Assembly (NCBI GenBank): GCA_963708025.1
Contig: CAVPSB010000010.1
Location: 96,001-160,000 of the forward strand
Direction of reading: 5' to 3'
DNA length: 64,000 bases
DNA from: an uncultured Candidatus Rokubacteria bacterium
GTDB lineage: Bacteria; Methylomirabilota; Methylomirabilia; Rokubacteriales; DASRDR01
The notes beneath the pieces were generated by a model, which was not told the origin of the DNA, ran no database searches, and worked only from the letters and a program-made list of their open reading frames with translations. Made by a program: the position numbers and the translations under genes. Below, piece after piece: positions 8,433-18,025 of this stretch; the stretch's first letter is position 1, and every line of letters starts with the position of its first letter.

Positions 8433-9611
8433 CTAGCTGCCGCGGAAGCGGTCGGTCCAGCGGCGCGTGGCCTCCAGGTATCGGACGCCGTGCTCGTGGC
8501 TGGGCTCGATCTCGCTCCCTTCGTGCCACTCGTTCCAGCTCGCGACGAGGACCCACGCGGGCTCGACGGCGAGCGCGGCCTCCCACGTGGCGTCGTAGGT
8601 CGCGCCGTCGCGACGCGGGACCAGCGTTCCGGGCTGCCGGATGGTCCGGTCGTCGAAGCCGGGAGCCACGGCGGCGATGAACGGGAGGCCGGCCGCCCGG
8701 GCGGCGGCCGCCCGCTCCTGGTAGTCGCGGCCGAGATCGCGCCCGGCGGCCAGAACGGTGACCGGCGTGTAGACGTGGAGAGCGTCGGTGCGCTCGATCC
8801 AGCCCGGGCGCGAGGCATCGCCGATCAGGAACACGCGGCGGCCACCGGCGTGGAGGCGCCGGAGCACGTACTCCCAGACGGGTGGACGGACGCGGTGGGC
8901 CGCGTAGACGAACACCACCGGCAGCTCGCCGGCGCGCAGGAACGCCGGGTCGGCGCCGTGCCGGTCGAGGAGCGCCTCGAGGTCGGCCGCTACCTCGGCC
9001 CCCCCGCGCACCCACAGCTCGCCGGCCTCGTAATACGGCGCCAGCCGGATCCCGCTCCCGCGGGCCGCGGCGAGCAGCGCGCCGAACGCCGAGGCCTCCT
9101 CGCTCTCGCGGCCCCACCACGACACGACGAAGCCGTCGAGCCCGGCGGCCCGGGCGGCCTCGATCTGGGTCCGGATGAGCCCGGGATCCCGGCTGTCGTA
9201 GGGGCCCCCGAGGGGGTAGTGGGCCGCGCCGAGGTCGAGGCGGCCGGGCGCCGCCTCGTGGCGGGGGTCGTGAAAGCCGAGGACCCGCGCCTCTGGCAAG
9301 GCCAGCCGCGGGTGATTCCAGTGGCGCCACCGGCCGGTCGGTCCCTGGGGCGTCCCGTACCAGGGATAGTGAACGGCGAGGACCAGGCGCGGCAGGCCGG
9401 CGGCGACGGCGCGCGGGCGCGCGGCCGTCCACAGCGCCGGGCGCAGCCAGAGCGGCCGATCCCGCTCGACCCGCCAGAGGCCCCAGCCGAGCAGGGCGGG
9501 AAGGAGCCCGAAGAGAACGAGTGCCGGCTTCAGTTGGGGACCTCCCGCCCACCCGGTCCTTCGACGGCCTTCGGCCTCTGGCTGGGGGAGGGGGGTGCCG
9601 GAGGGAGACAC
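8433..9611 (-). CDS. Membrane-anchored glycoside hydrolase, GH99-like
   Basis: HYPWY, YPLGGPYDSRD, GLDGFVVSWWG, SWNEWHEGSEIEP; start placed at GTG 9611 after GAGG; N-terminal TM segment. Confidence 0.8.
   Translation of the reverse strand: MSPSGTPLPQPEAEGRRRTGWAGGPQLKPALVLFGLLPALLGWGLWRVERDRPLWLRPALWTAARPRAVAAGLPRLVLAVHYPWYGTPQGPTGRWRHWNHPRLALPEARVLGFHDPRHEAAPGRLDLGAAHYPLGGPYDSRDPGLIRTQIEAARAAGLDGFVVSWWGRESEEASAFGALLAAARGSGIRLAPYYEAGELWVRGGAEVAADLEALLDRHGADPAFLRAGELPVVFVYAAHRVRPPVWEYVLRRLHAGGRRVFLIGDASRPGWIERTDALHVYTPVTVLAAGRDLGRDYQERAAAARAAGLPFIAAVAPGFDDRTIRQPGTLVPRRDGATYDATWEAALAVEPAWVLVASWNEWHEGSEIEPSHEHGVRYLEATRRWTDRFRGS
9537..9606 (-). repeat. Family B repeat inside the probable 5' coding region of the GH99-like gene
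   Basis: Reverse complement cctccggcacccccctccccc...aggccgaaggccgtcgaaggaccgggtgggcgggaggtccc matches the 5092 copy. Confidence 0.8.
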
Positions 9612-9627
9612 TGCCTCACGCGCTCTC

Positions 9628-10284
9628 CTAGCGCGAGGTAACGACGCCGACCCGGTGACACGAGGCCCGCACCGGGCAGCGCGAGCAAAGCGGAGACAGG
9701 GGCCGGCAAACGTTCTGGCCGTGAGTGACCAGGAGGTCGTTGAACTCGATCCAGTACCGGGCGGGCAGCTTGGCCCGCAGCGCCATCTCGGTCTGCTCCG
9801 GCGTGCGGGTGCGGACGAAGCCAAGGCGGTTCGAGATCCGGTGGACGTGGGTGTCAACGCAGATCCCGGGCTTCCCGAACCCCACCGTGACGACGAGGTT
9901 GGCGGTCTTCCGGCCGACGCCCTTGAGGGTGAGGAGGGCCTCGATGTCGTCCGGCACCCGTCCGGCGAAGCGGGCCAGGAGATCCCGGCAGATGCCGAGG
10001 ATGGCGCGGGCCTTGGTCCGGTAGAAGCCGACCGGGTAGATCGCCCGCTCGATGGTCCGGGCGTCGAGACCCAGCATGGCCCGCGGCGTGTCGGCCAGTG
10101 CGAAGAGCCGCTCGGACGCCGGGCCGGTCGTCGTGTCCTGCGTGCGGAGCGAGAGCAGGCAGGCCACGAGGACGCGGAACGGATCTCGCTCGGCGGCCGC
10201 GATCTCGGAGACGACCGTGGGCCGCCACGCGCGGACGTGACGGCGGAGCGTCCGAACCACCGGGCCGATCCCCTCCGCCGTCAT
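9628..10284 (-). CDS. nth: Endonuclease III
   Basis: HhH LKGVGRKTAN, VDTHVHR, C-terminal Cx6Cx2Cx5C Fe-S motif. Confidence 0.95.
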   Translation of the reverse strand: MTAEGIGPVVRTLRRHVRAWRPTVVSEIAAAERDPFRVLVACLLSLRTQDTTTGPASERLFALADTPRAMLGLDARTIERAIYPVGFYRTKARAILGICRDLLARFAGRVPDDIEALLTLKGVGRKTANLVVTVGFGKPGICVDTHVHRISNRLGFVRTRTPEQTEMALRAKLPARYWIEFNDLLVTHGQNVCRPLSPLCSRCPVRASCHRVGVVTSR

Positions 10285-10345
10285 CGGGGCGCGTAGGGCC
10301 GCGCGGAGCCAGCGGGGCGGGGCGGGCCGTCGCGCGATGGCTACC

Positions 10346-10562
10346 CTAGACCTCGTGAGGCTTCAGAGCCATCGCGGACGAATCGCGCTCGTGGGGCAGG
10401 GCCGAGGAGCGAGCAGCGCCCACAGGCCGAAGGCCGTCCGAAAGACGCAGGGAGTCGCCCACCGCAGGCGTATGCCGCATACGCCGAGGATGGGCGACGA
10501 CCCCAAAGGCCGAAGGCCGTCCGACGGACGACGCGATGCGAAGCTCATCGGCCCTGCCCTAG
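10346..10562 (-). mobile_element. Family A MITE/REP-like element, copy 1 (CTAG...CTAG)
   Basis: Begins at the TAG of the TPR gene; shared left end, hairpin modules, right end and tail; CTAG at 10346-10349 and 10559-10562. Confidence 0.85.
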
Positions 10563-11331
10563 CTCTTGTTGCGAATCTCGGAGAGTAGCCGCCCCGCGAG
10601 CGGTCGGTGGCGCACCGTCCAGCTCGCCACGTAGGTGGGCTGCCGCTCGTCGATCACCTGCTGCAGCTCCCGGCGCGCCTCGGCGTACCGGCCCTGCTCG
10701 ATGAGGACGCGCCCAAGCTCGATCCGCGCCCGGGTGAAGTGGGGGTCGAGGGCGAGCGCCTTCCGCTGGTAGCTCTCGGCTCTCGCCACGTCCCCGCCCA
10801 TGAGCCCCGGGTCTCCAAGTAGAACGTGCCGGCCAGCGCCAGGCCGCCCACGTTGTTGGGGTCGAGCCGGAGCACGGTGTCGATCTCCTCGCGGAGGGTG
10901 GAGACGAGGAAGGCCGCGCGGAGCTTCCCCTTGGTGATCGCCCAGCGGCCGAGGTTGGCCGCGTACCAGAGGTGGGCCTCGGGGTTCCCCGGCGCCAGCC
11001 CGATCGCGCGTTTGGCGATGTCGCGCCCGCGCTCGTAGCCCGCGAGCTTCTCATCCGGTGTCCGCGCGCGAAGGTCCGCCCACTCGAGGTGGACCCACGC
11101 CAGGAGGAGCAGAGCCTCGAGGGACGGCTCCCGGCTCAGCGCGCTCTCGAGGATCTCTCGGGCCCGATCGATCCGGCTCAGGTCCTCGTGGAAGGTCTGG
11201 AAGAGCGTCCAGGCCTCGGCGACCGGGCCCGTCGCCGCCACCGCGCCGGGGGTCGCGACCGGAGCCAGGAGGAGTACGCCCATCAGCGCGACGACCGCCG
11301 GACCCCGGCGACGGCGGGCGACGACTTCCAT
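10559..11331 (-). pseudogene. Secreted TPR protein split by a 1-nt frameshift near 10809-10811
   Basis: Signal-like N-terminus and TPR helices up to FYLET; continues as (PGL)MGGDVARAE... in another frame; one extra C restores ETPGLMGGD. Confidence 0.75.
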
Positions 11332-11396
11332 CCGGACGATGCTACCAGCGCCGCCGCGCCTTGACAACTTCGGGGCGGCCTCGCCATGATGGCGTC

Positions 11397-11867
11397 ATGT
11401 CGGGCTTCCTCCACGCGCTCGCAGCGGCCCTGCTGGGCGCCGGCCTCGGCGTCCAGGTGTTCCTCTCCTTCCAGGTCGCGCCGTCCACGTTCCGGCTCCT
11501 CGACCGGCCCCAGGCGGTGCGGCTCATGGAGGGTCTGTTCCCGGGCTACTACCTGTTCGGCATCATGACCACGACCGCGGCCCTCGGACTGATCCTCTGT
11601 CTCGCCCTCGCCGCCCCGCGGGCGCCGCTCCGGTGGGGCGCGCTCGTCCTGGTGACCGTGGTGCTCGCCGGCACGCTCTACGCCGGCCAGATCCTCCTGC
11701 CGGAGGCGCATGCCGCCCGGCTTCGCGCCCAGGCCGCGCCGGCGGGGGACGTGGCGCCCCTCGAGTTCAGCCGCCTCCATCGCCGGTCGGTGGCGGTCAA
11801 CATCGCGCTGTTCGGCGTCGGCCTCCTGGCGCTGGTGCTGCACGCCGCGGCGCGCCCCCGGCCATGA
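11397..11867 (+). CDS. DUF4149/TMEM205-like membrane protein
   Basis: Four hydrophobic helices, VAP..F, LFPGYY, FSRLHRRSVAVN. Confidence 0.75.
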   Translation: MSGFLHALAAALLGAGLGVQVFLSFQVAPSTFRLLDRPQAVRLMEGLFPGYYLFGIMTTTAALGLILCLALAAPRAPLRWGALVLVTVVLAGTLYAGQILLPEAHAARLRAQAAPAGDVAPLEFSRLHRRSVAVNIALFGVGLLALVLHAAARPRP

Positions 11868-12286
11868 GCGAGCCGTCCCAACGTCCGCTCGAGTGCCTGG
11901 AACTGGACCACATCGTCCTCCGGGTCCGCGATCAGGCCGCCTCGCAGCGCTTCTACACCGAGGTGCTCGGCCTGACGGTCAACCACGTCAACGAGCCCAT
12001 CAAGTTGATCCACCTCCGCTGCGGCCGCCACATGATCGATCTCCTGCCGCTCGGCCCCGGCGAGCCGCCGCCGCCCACGGTACGGATGGACCACGTCTGC
12101 CTGGCGGTCCGGTGCGACGACCTGGCGGCGGCGGCGAGCTACCTCCGGTCTCATGGGGTCGAACTGGAGGGGGATGTCGTCTCCCGGCGGGGCGCCTTCG
12201 GCCAGGGCCCGTCGCTCTACATCCGCGACCCCGACGGCTACCGGATCGAGCTCAAGCCCCTGGGGCAGAGCGCTGAGGGCATGTGA
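11864..12286 (+). CDS. VOC/glyoxalase family protein
   Basis: LDHIVLRV, FYTEVLG, MDHVCL, SLYIRDPDGYRIEL; ATGA overlap with upstream gene. Confidence 0.9.
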   Translation: MSEPSQRPLECLELDHIVLRVRDQAASQRFYTEVLGLTVNHVNEPIKLIHLRCGRHMIDLLPLGPGEPPPPTVRMDHVCLAVRCDDLAAAASYLRSHGVELEGDVVSRRGAFGQGPSLYIRDPDGYRIELKPLGQSAEGM

Positions 12287-12292
12287 AGGAAA

Positions 12293-12366
12293 GTCCTCCG
12301 ACTCCCCCTCCCCCCGGTGGGTGGGGGAGGGGGTTGGGGGGGGGCGGGAGGTCCCGAGAGGTCCCG
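12293..12366 (+). repeat. Family B repeat between convergent genes
   Basis: gtcctccgactccccctcccccc ggtgggt gggggagggggttggggggggggcgggaggtcccg. Confidence 0.85.
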
Positions 12367-12373
12367 AAAACCG

Positions 12374-13612
12374 CTACTCGTACCGGAGGGCGTCGATCGG
12401 GTCGAGGCGGGACGCCTTCCGGGCGGGGTAGAAGCCGAAGAAGATCCCCACCGCTCCCGAGAAGACGAAGGCCAGCCCGATCGCCTCGGGCTGGACGTCA
12501 GTCGTCCAGCCGGCGAACGAGGCGATGGCCTGGGAGCCCCCGAGGCCGCAGGCGATCCCGACCACGCCGCCGGCGATCGCGAGGGTCACCGCCTCGATCA
12601 GGAACTGGGCGAGGATGTCGCGGCTGCGGGCCCCGACGGCCATGCGGAGCCCGATCTCGCGCGTCCGCTCGGTCACCGAGACCAGCATGATGTTCATGAT
12701 GCCGATCCCGCCCACCAGGAGCGAGACCGAGGCGATGGCCGCCAGCAGCATCGTCATCACGCGGGCCGCCTCCTCCTGGGCGGCGAACAGCTCGGCCAGC
12801 ACGCGGATCTGGAAGTCGTCGTCCTGGCCGGGCTGGAGGCGGTGTCGCTGGCGCAGGAGGTCGCGGATCTGGTCCTCCGTCTCGCCCATCAGGTCGGCTT
12901 CCTTGACCCGGACGTTGACGGCCTGGACCGAGCGCGGGTTGGACTGGGTCACCCGGCCGAGCACCTTCTTCTTCGCGGTGGAGATCGGGATCAGGATCAC
13001 GTCGTCCTGGTCCTGGCCGAAGGAGGACTGCCCCTTCGCCTCCAGCACGCCGACGACGGTGAAGGGGACCTTCTTGATCCGGATCGTCTGGCCGATCGGG
13101 TCGGTGTCGCCGAAGAGGCTGGTCCACACCGTCTCGCCGAGGACGGCGACCTTGGCCGCCGCGTCCACGTCTTCAGGCCCGAACATCTTGCCGTTCCCCA
13201 CGCCCCACTCGCGGGCGATCAGGTAATCGGGGGTCACTCCCTGGATCACCGTCGACCAGTTGGTGTTGCCGAACACCGTCTGGGCGGCCCCGCGGACCGA
13301 GGGCGCCGCCACCTCCACCGGGGGCACCTCGACGGCGATGGCCCGGGCGTCTTCCTCGGTCAGCGTGAGCTGGGTCCCGAGCCCCCACCGGATGCCTCCG
13401 GAGGTGCTGGCCCCCGACATGACCACGATGGCGTTCGAGCCGAGCGAGCGGATCTGCTCGGAGATGCGCCGCTGGGCGCCGGCGCCGACCGACACCATGG
13501 CGATGACGGCACCGACCCCGATGATGATCCCAAGCATCGTCAGCGCCGTCCGCAGGAGATGCGCCCGAAGCGCGCCGAGAGCCATGCGGACGCTCGCCCC
13601 GATCATCTTCAC
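12374..13612 (-). CDS. MacB/FtsX-family ABC permease
   Basis: [56 protein letters not shown]. Confidence 0.93.
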   Translation of the reverse strand: MKMIGASVRMALGALRAHLLRTALTMLGIIIGVGAVIAMVSVGAGAQRRISEQIRSLGSNAIVVMSGASTSGGIRWGLGTQLTLTEEDARAIAVEVPPVEVAAPSVRGAAQTVFGNTNWSTVIQGVTPDYLIAREWGVGNGKMFGPEDVDAAAKVAVLGETVWTSLFGDTDPIGQTIRIKKVPFTVVGVLEAKGQSSFGQDQDDVILIPISTAKKKVLGRVTQSNPRSVQAVNVRVKEADLMGETEDQIRDLLRQRHRLQPGQDDDFQIRVLAELFAAQEEAARVMTMLLAAIASVSLLVGGIGIMNIMLVSVTERTREIGLRMAVGARSRDILAQFLIEAVTLAIAGGVVGIACGLGGSQAIASFAGWTTDVQPEAIGLAFVFSGAVGIFFGFYPARKASRLDPIDALRYE

Positions 13613-14361
13613 GCCGTCACCTCCTCGGCCGGGAGGCCCGCCAGCATGTCGTCGGCAACCAGCCGCTCCTGGACCGCGGTGTCAGCCCGCAGCCGCCCAT
13701 CCCGGAAGGTCACGACCCGGCTCGCGTAGCGCGCGATGTCGTCCTCGTGGGTCACCAGGACGACCGTGATGTGCGCCTGGTTCAGCCGCTGGAGGATGGC
13801 CATGATCTCGATGCTGGTCCGCGTGTCCAGGTTGCCCGTCGGCTCGTCGGCCAGCACCAGGCGCGGCTCGTTGACGAGGGCGCGGGCGATGGCGACGCGC
13901 TGCTGCTGGCCGCCCGAGAGCTGGTTCGGGCGGTGGCCGGCCCGGTCCCCGAGGCCGACGTCCTTGAGACGGGCCAGCGCGCGGGGGCGGCGGTCCCGGG
14001 CGGTCGCGCCATCGTAGAGGAGCGGCAGCTCGACGTTCTCGACCGCGCTCATGCGGGGGAGGAGGTTGAACGTCTGGAACACGAAGCCGATCTTCTTGTT
14101 GCGGATCGCCGCCAGCGCGTCGCGCGAGAGCCGGGAGACGTCCTCGCCGTCGAGCGCGTACGTCCCCGCGGTCGGCGTGTCGAGGCAGCCGATCAGGTTC
14201 ATGAAGGTCGATTTGCCGGAGCCGGACGGCCCCATGATCGCCACGAACTCGCCCGGCACGATGTCGAGGCTCACGCCCCGGAGGGCGTGCACGGCATGAT
14301 CCCCCAGCCGATACGTCTTCGCCAGATCCCGAACAGAGATCAGCGGTACCCGGGCGTCCAC
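13609..14361 (-). CDS. MacB/LolD-type ABC ATP-binding protein
   Basis: [27 protein letters not shown]; start placed at GTG 14361 because the longer ORF runs through repeat A copy 2. Confidence 0.92.
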   Translation of the reverse strand: MDARVPLISVRDLAKTYRLGDHAVHALRGVSLDIVPGEFVAIMGPSGSGKSTFMNLIGCLDTPTAGTYALDGEDVSRLSRDALAAIRNKKIGFVFQTFNLLPRMSAVENVELPLLYDGATARDRRPRALARLKDVGLGDRAGHRPNQLSGGQQQRVAIARALVNEPRLVLADEPTGNLDTRTSIEIMAILQRLNQAHITVVLVTHEDDIARYASRVVTFRDGRLRADTAVQERLVADDMLAGLPAEEVTA

Positions 14362-14365
14362 AGGG

Positions 14366-14639
14366 CTAGGTTCCTCGAAGCGCCAGAGACATGGCAGATG
14401 AGGAAAGCTCCCGGGGGCGGAGCCGAGGAGCGAGCAGCGCCCACAGGCCGAAGGCCGTCCGAAGGACGCAGGGAGTCGCCGACCGCAGGCGTACTCCTCG
14501 TACGCCGAGGATCGGCGACGACCCCAAAGGCCGAAGGCCGTCCGAACGACGACCATAGGTCGGGACGGACGCGAGGCCGTAGGCCGAGCGCGTCACGACC
14601 GAGATCGACATTGCGACGCTCATCGGCCCCGCCCCCTAG
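14366..14639 (-). mobile_element. Family A element, copy 2 (CTAG...CTAG)
   Basis: Begins at the TAG of the adaptor gene; all modules plus tail; CTAG at 14366-14369 and 14636-14639. Confidence 0.88.
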
Positions 14640-16486
14640 AGCCGGAGGCGGGGAGCCTGGCCGCCCGTACTCCGCTGAGTGGCGCCAGTCTGCCCGGTGA
14701 GGACCTCCTGGCCCGGCTGGAGGTCGCCCTGGAGCAGCTCCGAGTAGGAGCCGTCCGAGGCGCCGGTGACGATGGCCACGGCCTTGGGCTTCCCGTCGGG
14801 CCCCAGGACGAAGACCCGCCCTGGGCTTCCGCTGGCGCCAGCCGCGCCGGCGCTGCCCTCCTGGGCCGCGGCCAGCGCGTCGTACTTCCTCTGCTGCTCG
14901 GGGGTCAGGATGGCCCGGATCTTCTCCCGGGTCTCGGCGCGAATCCGCTTCCGCTGCGCCTCGCGCGCGCGCTCGTCCAGGTCCTGGCCGCGCATCGCCC
15001 CGAAGGCCTGGCGGGACTCTCCCAGGATGGCGTCGAGGCGCCCCTGCTGCTCGGTGGTCAGTGCCAGCTCTTTCGTCAGCGTCTCGCGCAGCTGACCGGC
15101 GGCGCCGGGGCCACCCGCGCCACTGGCCCCACCGCCCACCGCCCGTCCGCCGCGCGCCTCGCCAGACGCCCCACCGGCGGCTCGTCCACCCTCGGCGGGA
15201 GCCGGTGAGGGGCCGGCCGCCGGGCCGGCGCTCTCGCCCGACGGCCGGTAGCGGAGCGCCGCGTTCGGGACCCGGACCACGTCGTCCTTCCGGTCGATCT
15301 GGATGCGGACGTTGGCCGTCATGCCCGGCATCAGCTTCCGCTCCGGGTTCGCCACCGCGATGACGGTCGTGTAGGTGACCACGTTCTGGACGACCTGGGG
15401 CGCCTTGCGGATCTGGACGATCTCCCCGCGGAAGCTCTGGCCGGGGAACGCGTCCACGCTGAAGCTGGCCGGCATGCGCTCCCGCAGGCGTCCGACGTCG
15501 GCCTCGTCCACCGCCGTCTCCACCTGCATGCGGGTGAGGTCCTCGGCGATGGTGAAGAGCGTCGGGGCCTGGAGGCTCGCCGCCACGGTCTGGCCGACGT
15601 CGATGGCGCGGGAGACGACGACGCCGTTGACCGGGGCGCGGATCTCGGTGTGCTCGAGGTCCACGGCCGCCTGCTTCAGGACCGCCTGCTTCTGCTGGAC
15701 CATGGCTTCCGCCGACTTGAGCTGGGCGTGGGCGACGCCCAGGCCCGCCTGGGCGGAGGCGGCCTGGGCCTCGGCGGCCTTGACCTGCGACTCCGTGGCG
15801 ACTTGCTGGGCCTCGGACGAGCGCAGCGCCGCCTCCGCCGCGCTCTGCTGCGAGCGGGACGCCTCGAGCTGGGCCTGGGCGGTCTCGAAGGTCGTCTGGG
15901 CCAGGTCCTTGTCGCTCTGGGAGATCAGCTCCTGGCGCAGGAGGTCCACCCGGCGATCCAGCTCGCGGCGGGCGTTGGCCAGGGTGGCGCTGTCCCGGGC
16001 GACGTTGGCCCGGGCGGTCGCGATGGCCGCCCGGGCGTTCTCGACATCGGCGCGCATCCGGCTGACGTTGGCGTGGGCGGTCACGATGCTGGCCCGGCTG
16101 TTCTCGAGATCGGCCCGGACCTTCTCGACGTTGGCGCGCTGGTTCAGCACCGCCGCCTGGGCGCCCTCCAGGTCGGCGCGGGCGGCGTTCACCTTGGCCT
16201 GGAAGGTCTCGGGGTCGAGCCGGGCGATGAGCTGGCCCTTCTTGACCGTCGAGTTGAAGTCGACCATCAGGTCCTTGATCTGGCCCGAGACCTGGCTGCC
16301 GACCAGCACGGTGGTGACGGCGTTGAGGTTGCCGGTGGCGGAGACGGAGGCGACGACGGTGCCCCGGTCCACCCGGCCGGTCCGGTACTTCGTCGCCTGG
16401 CCGCGGTTCGCGCTGAGCACGTAGCCGGCGAACGCCAGGCCCGCCACCACCAGCGCCAGCAGCACGAGGAGGCCGACCCGCTTCAT
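14636..16486 (-). CDS. MacA-like efflux periplasmic adaptor with long coiled coil and LTxEQ insert
   Basis: VGSQVSG, IRAPVNGVV, GQTVAASLQAPTLF, VDEAD, PGMTA. Confidence 0.92.
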   Translation of the reverse strand: MKRVGLLVLLALVVAGLAFAGYVLSANRGQATKYRTGRVDRGTVVASVSATGNLNAVTTVLVGSQVSGQIKDLMVDFNSTVKKGQLIARLDPETFQAKVNAARADLEGAQAAVLNQRANVEKVRADLENSRASIVTAHANVSRMRADVENARAAIATARANVARDSATLANARRELDRRVDLLRQELISQSDKDLAQTTFETAQAQLEASRSQQSAAEAALRSSEAQQVATESQVKAAEAQAASAQAGLGVAHAQLKSAEAMVQQKQAVLKQAAVDLEHTEIRAPVNGVVVSRAIDVGQTVAASLQAPTLFTIAEDLTRMQVETAVDEADVGRLRERMPASFSVDAFPGQSFRGEIVQIRKAPQVVQNVVTYTTVIAVANPERKLMPGMTANVRIQIDRKDDVVRVPNAALRYRPSGESAGPAAGPSPAPAEGGRAAGGASGEARGGRAVGGGASGAGGPGAAGQLRETLTKELALTTEQQGRLDAILGESRQAFGAMRGQDLDERAREAQRKRIRAETREKIRAILTPEQQRKYDALAAAQEGSAGAAGASGSPGRVFVLGPDGKPKAVAIVTGASDGSYSELLQGDLQPGQEVLTGQTGATQRSTGGQAPRLRL

Positions 16487-16638
16487 CGCTGGCTCGCCCC
16501 CGGTTTCAGCGCGCGGTCCCGGCCACGGGCTGGATGCGGCTGCGGTCGGGTCCTGGAAGTGCTGGGCATGTCACTCAATTGTCTCACCTACAAGGGGTTC
16601 GACGGATGGACCCGCCCCGGCATTTCCCGGCCCGGCGC

Positions 16639-17976
16639 TCAGGGCCGACCCACGGCCCGATCCAGCGCCGCCAGCGCCAGCTTGTGGTCCGTCAGCGCCC
16701 GGACCTGGTCGGCCTCGGCGTTCGTCAGGTCGAACTGAGCGGTGGTCAGGTCCAGGATGGTCCCGACCCCCGCGTCGTAGCGGCCCTGGGCCAGCCGCAG
16801 GTTCTCCCGCGCCGACTCCACCGCCTTGCCGGTGGCGACGAACCGCTCGGCGGCCTCGACCACCAAGATGATCGTCTGCTCGACCTCGAGGCGCACCTGC
16901 AGCTCGAACGAGTCGTAGTTCGCCTGGGAGGCGTCCAGGTTGGCCTCGGTCTCCTTGACCCGGCTCTGCGTGAAGAAGCCCTGGAAGAGATTCCAGGACA
17001 GCGTCCCGGCGATCGCCCAGGTGTCCTGGCTGCTGCTGTAGAGGTTCAGCTCCGGATCCGACGAGAAGCCCCCGACGGACCCGGTGGCGACCAGATCAGG
17101 GAGGTAGCCGGCGCGGGCCCCGGAGAGCTGGGCCCGGGCGGCGTCGATCCGGGCCCTGGCCTGCGACAGCTCGGGCCGGTTGTTCAGCGCCTCCGCCCGG
17201 AGCGCCTCGGAGTCCAGCGGGACCGGCTCGAAGTTCAGGTTGTCCTGGATCTCGATCGCCGTCGTCGCCTCCAGGCCCAGGGCGTTGGCGAGGTTCACCT
17301 CGGAGAATCGCACCAGGTTCCGGGCCCGGATCTGGGCGACCTGGGCGTTGGCCACGTCGACCTCGGCGCGCGTCACGTCGGACTTGGGCCGGGTGCCGAC
17401 GTCGAAGAAGCCGCGAGCGCTGCGGAGGTTCAGGTCGGCCCGGGCGACCTGGGCGTCGGCCACCGCGACGAGGCGCCGCGCCTGCAGGAGCTGGTAGTAG
17501 GTCTGCCGGACGTTCAGGACGACGACCTCGCGCGTCTGCTCGAGCTGACTCTGCGACAGCCGGACATTGGCCCGGGCCTCGTCGACCAGCGCCCCGGTCT
17601 TGCCGAAGTCGTAGAGGATCTGCCGGGCCTGGAGGGCGGTGGAGAAGGCGTTGCTCTGCACCGCGCTGTTGGAGCTGTTGCTGAAGACCTGGCTGCGGCC
17701 GATCGACGTAACCCAGTCCAGGCGTGGATAGTAGCTCGACTGGGCCTGCGGCACGCGCGCGACCGTGGCGTTCACGCTCTGCTGGGCCGAGCGGAGCGTC
17801 GGCTGCTGGCGGAGCGCCAGGTCGATGGCTTCCTGCAGCGACAGCACCTGGCCCGGCGCGGGGGCCGTGCGCGGCGTGGTGTAGGAGGGCGGCGCCTGAG
17901 CGCCCGCCGGTGTCGCCGAGGCGGCGGCCACCGTCAGCAGGCAACCGAGGGCCGGCAGCGCGGATCGGAGTGACAT
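16639..17976 (-). CDS. TolC family outer membrane efflux protein
   Basis: Signal peptide, LSLQEAIDLAL, LYDFG, RYDAGVGTILD repeats; start placed at ATG 17976. Confidence 0.92.
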   Translation of the reverse strand: MSLRSALPALGCLLTVAAASATPAGAQAPPSYTTPRTAPAPGQVLSLQEAIDLALRQQPTLRSAQQSVNATVARVPQAQSSYYPRLDWVTSIGRSQVFSNSSNSAVQSNAFSTALQARQILYDFGKTGALVDEARANVRLSQSQLEQTREVVVLNVRQTYYQLLQARRLVAVADAQVARADLNLRSARGFFDVGTRPKSDVTRAEVDVANAQVAQIRARNLVRFSEVNLANALGLEATTAIEIQDNLNFEPVPLDSEALRAEALNNRPELSQARARIDAARAQLSGARAGYLPDLVATGSVGGFSSDPELNLYSSSQDTWAIAGTLSWNLFQGFFTQSRVKETEANLDASQANYDSFELQVRLEVEQTIILVVEAAERFVATGKAVESARENLRLAQGRYDAGVGTILDLTTAQFDLTNAEADQVRALTDHKLALAALDRAVGRP

Positions 17977-18025
17977 GGTCGCGAGCTCTCCTCTGGGGGA
18001 TGGCGAGGGGCGGCGGTCCCCCCGC

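Noticed and set aside
4093-10284. Clustering of repair genes (ATL, nfo, nth) as a dedicated system
   Set aside because: Interspersed with unrelated genes on both strands, and no shared operator was seen.
10337-10588. Small ORFs within family A copies (also 14366-14623, 43244-43597, 62004-62222)
   Set aside because: They are translations of the repeat; frames and lengths differ between copies.
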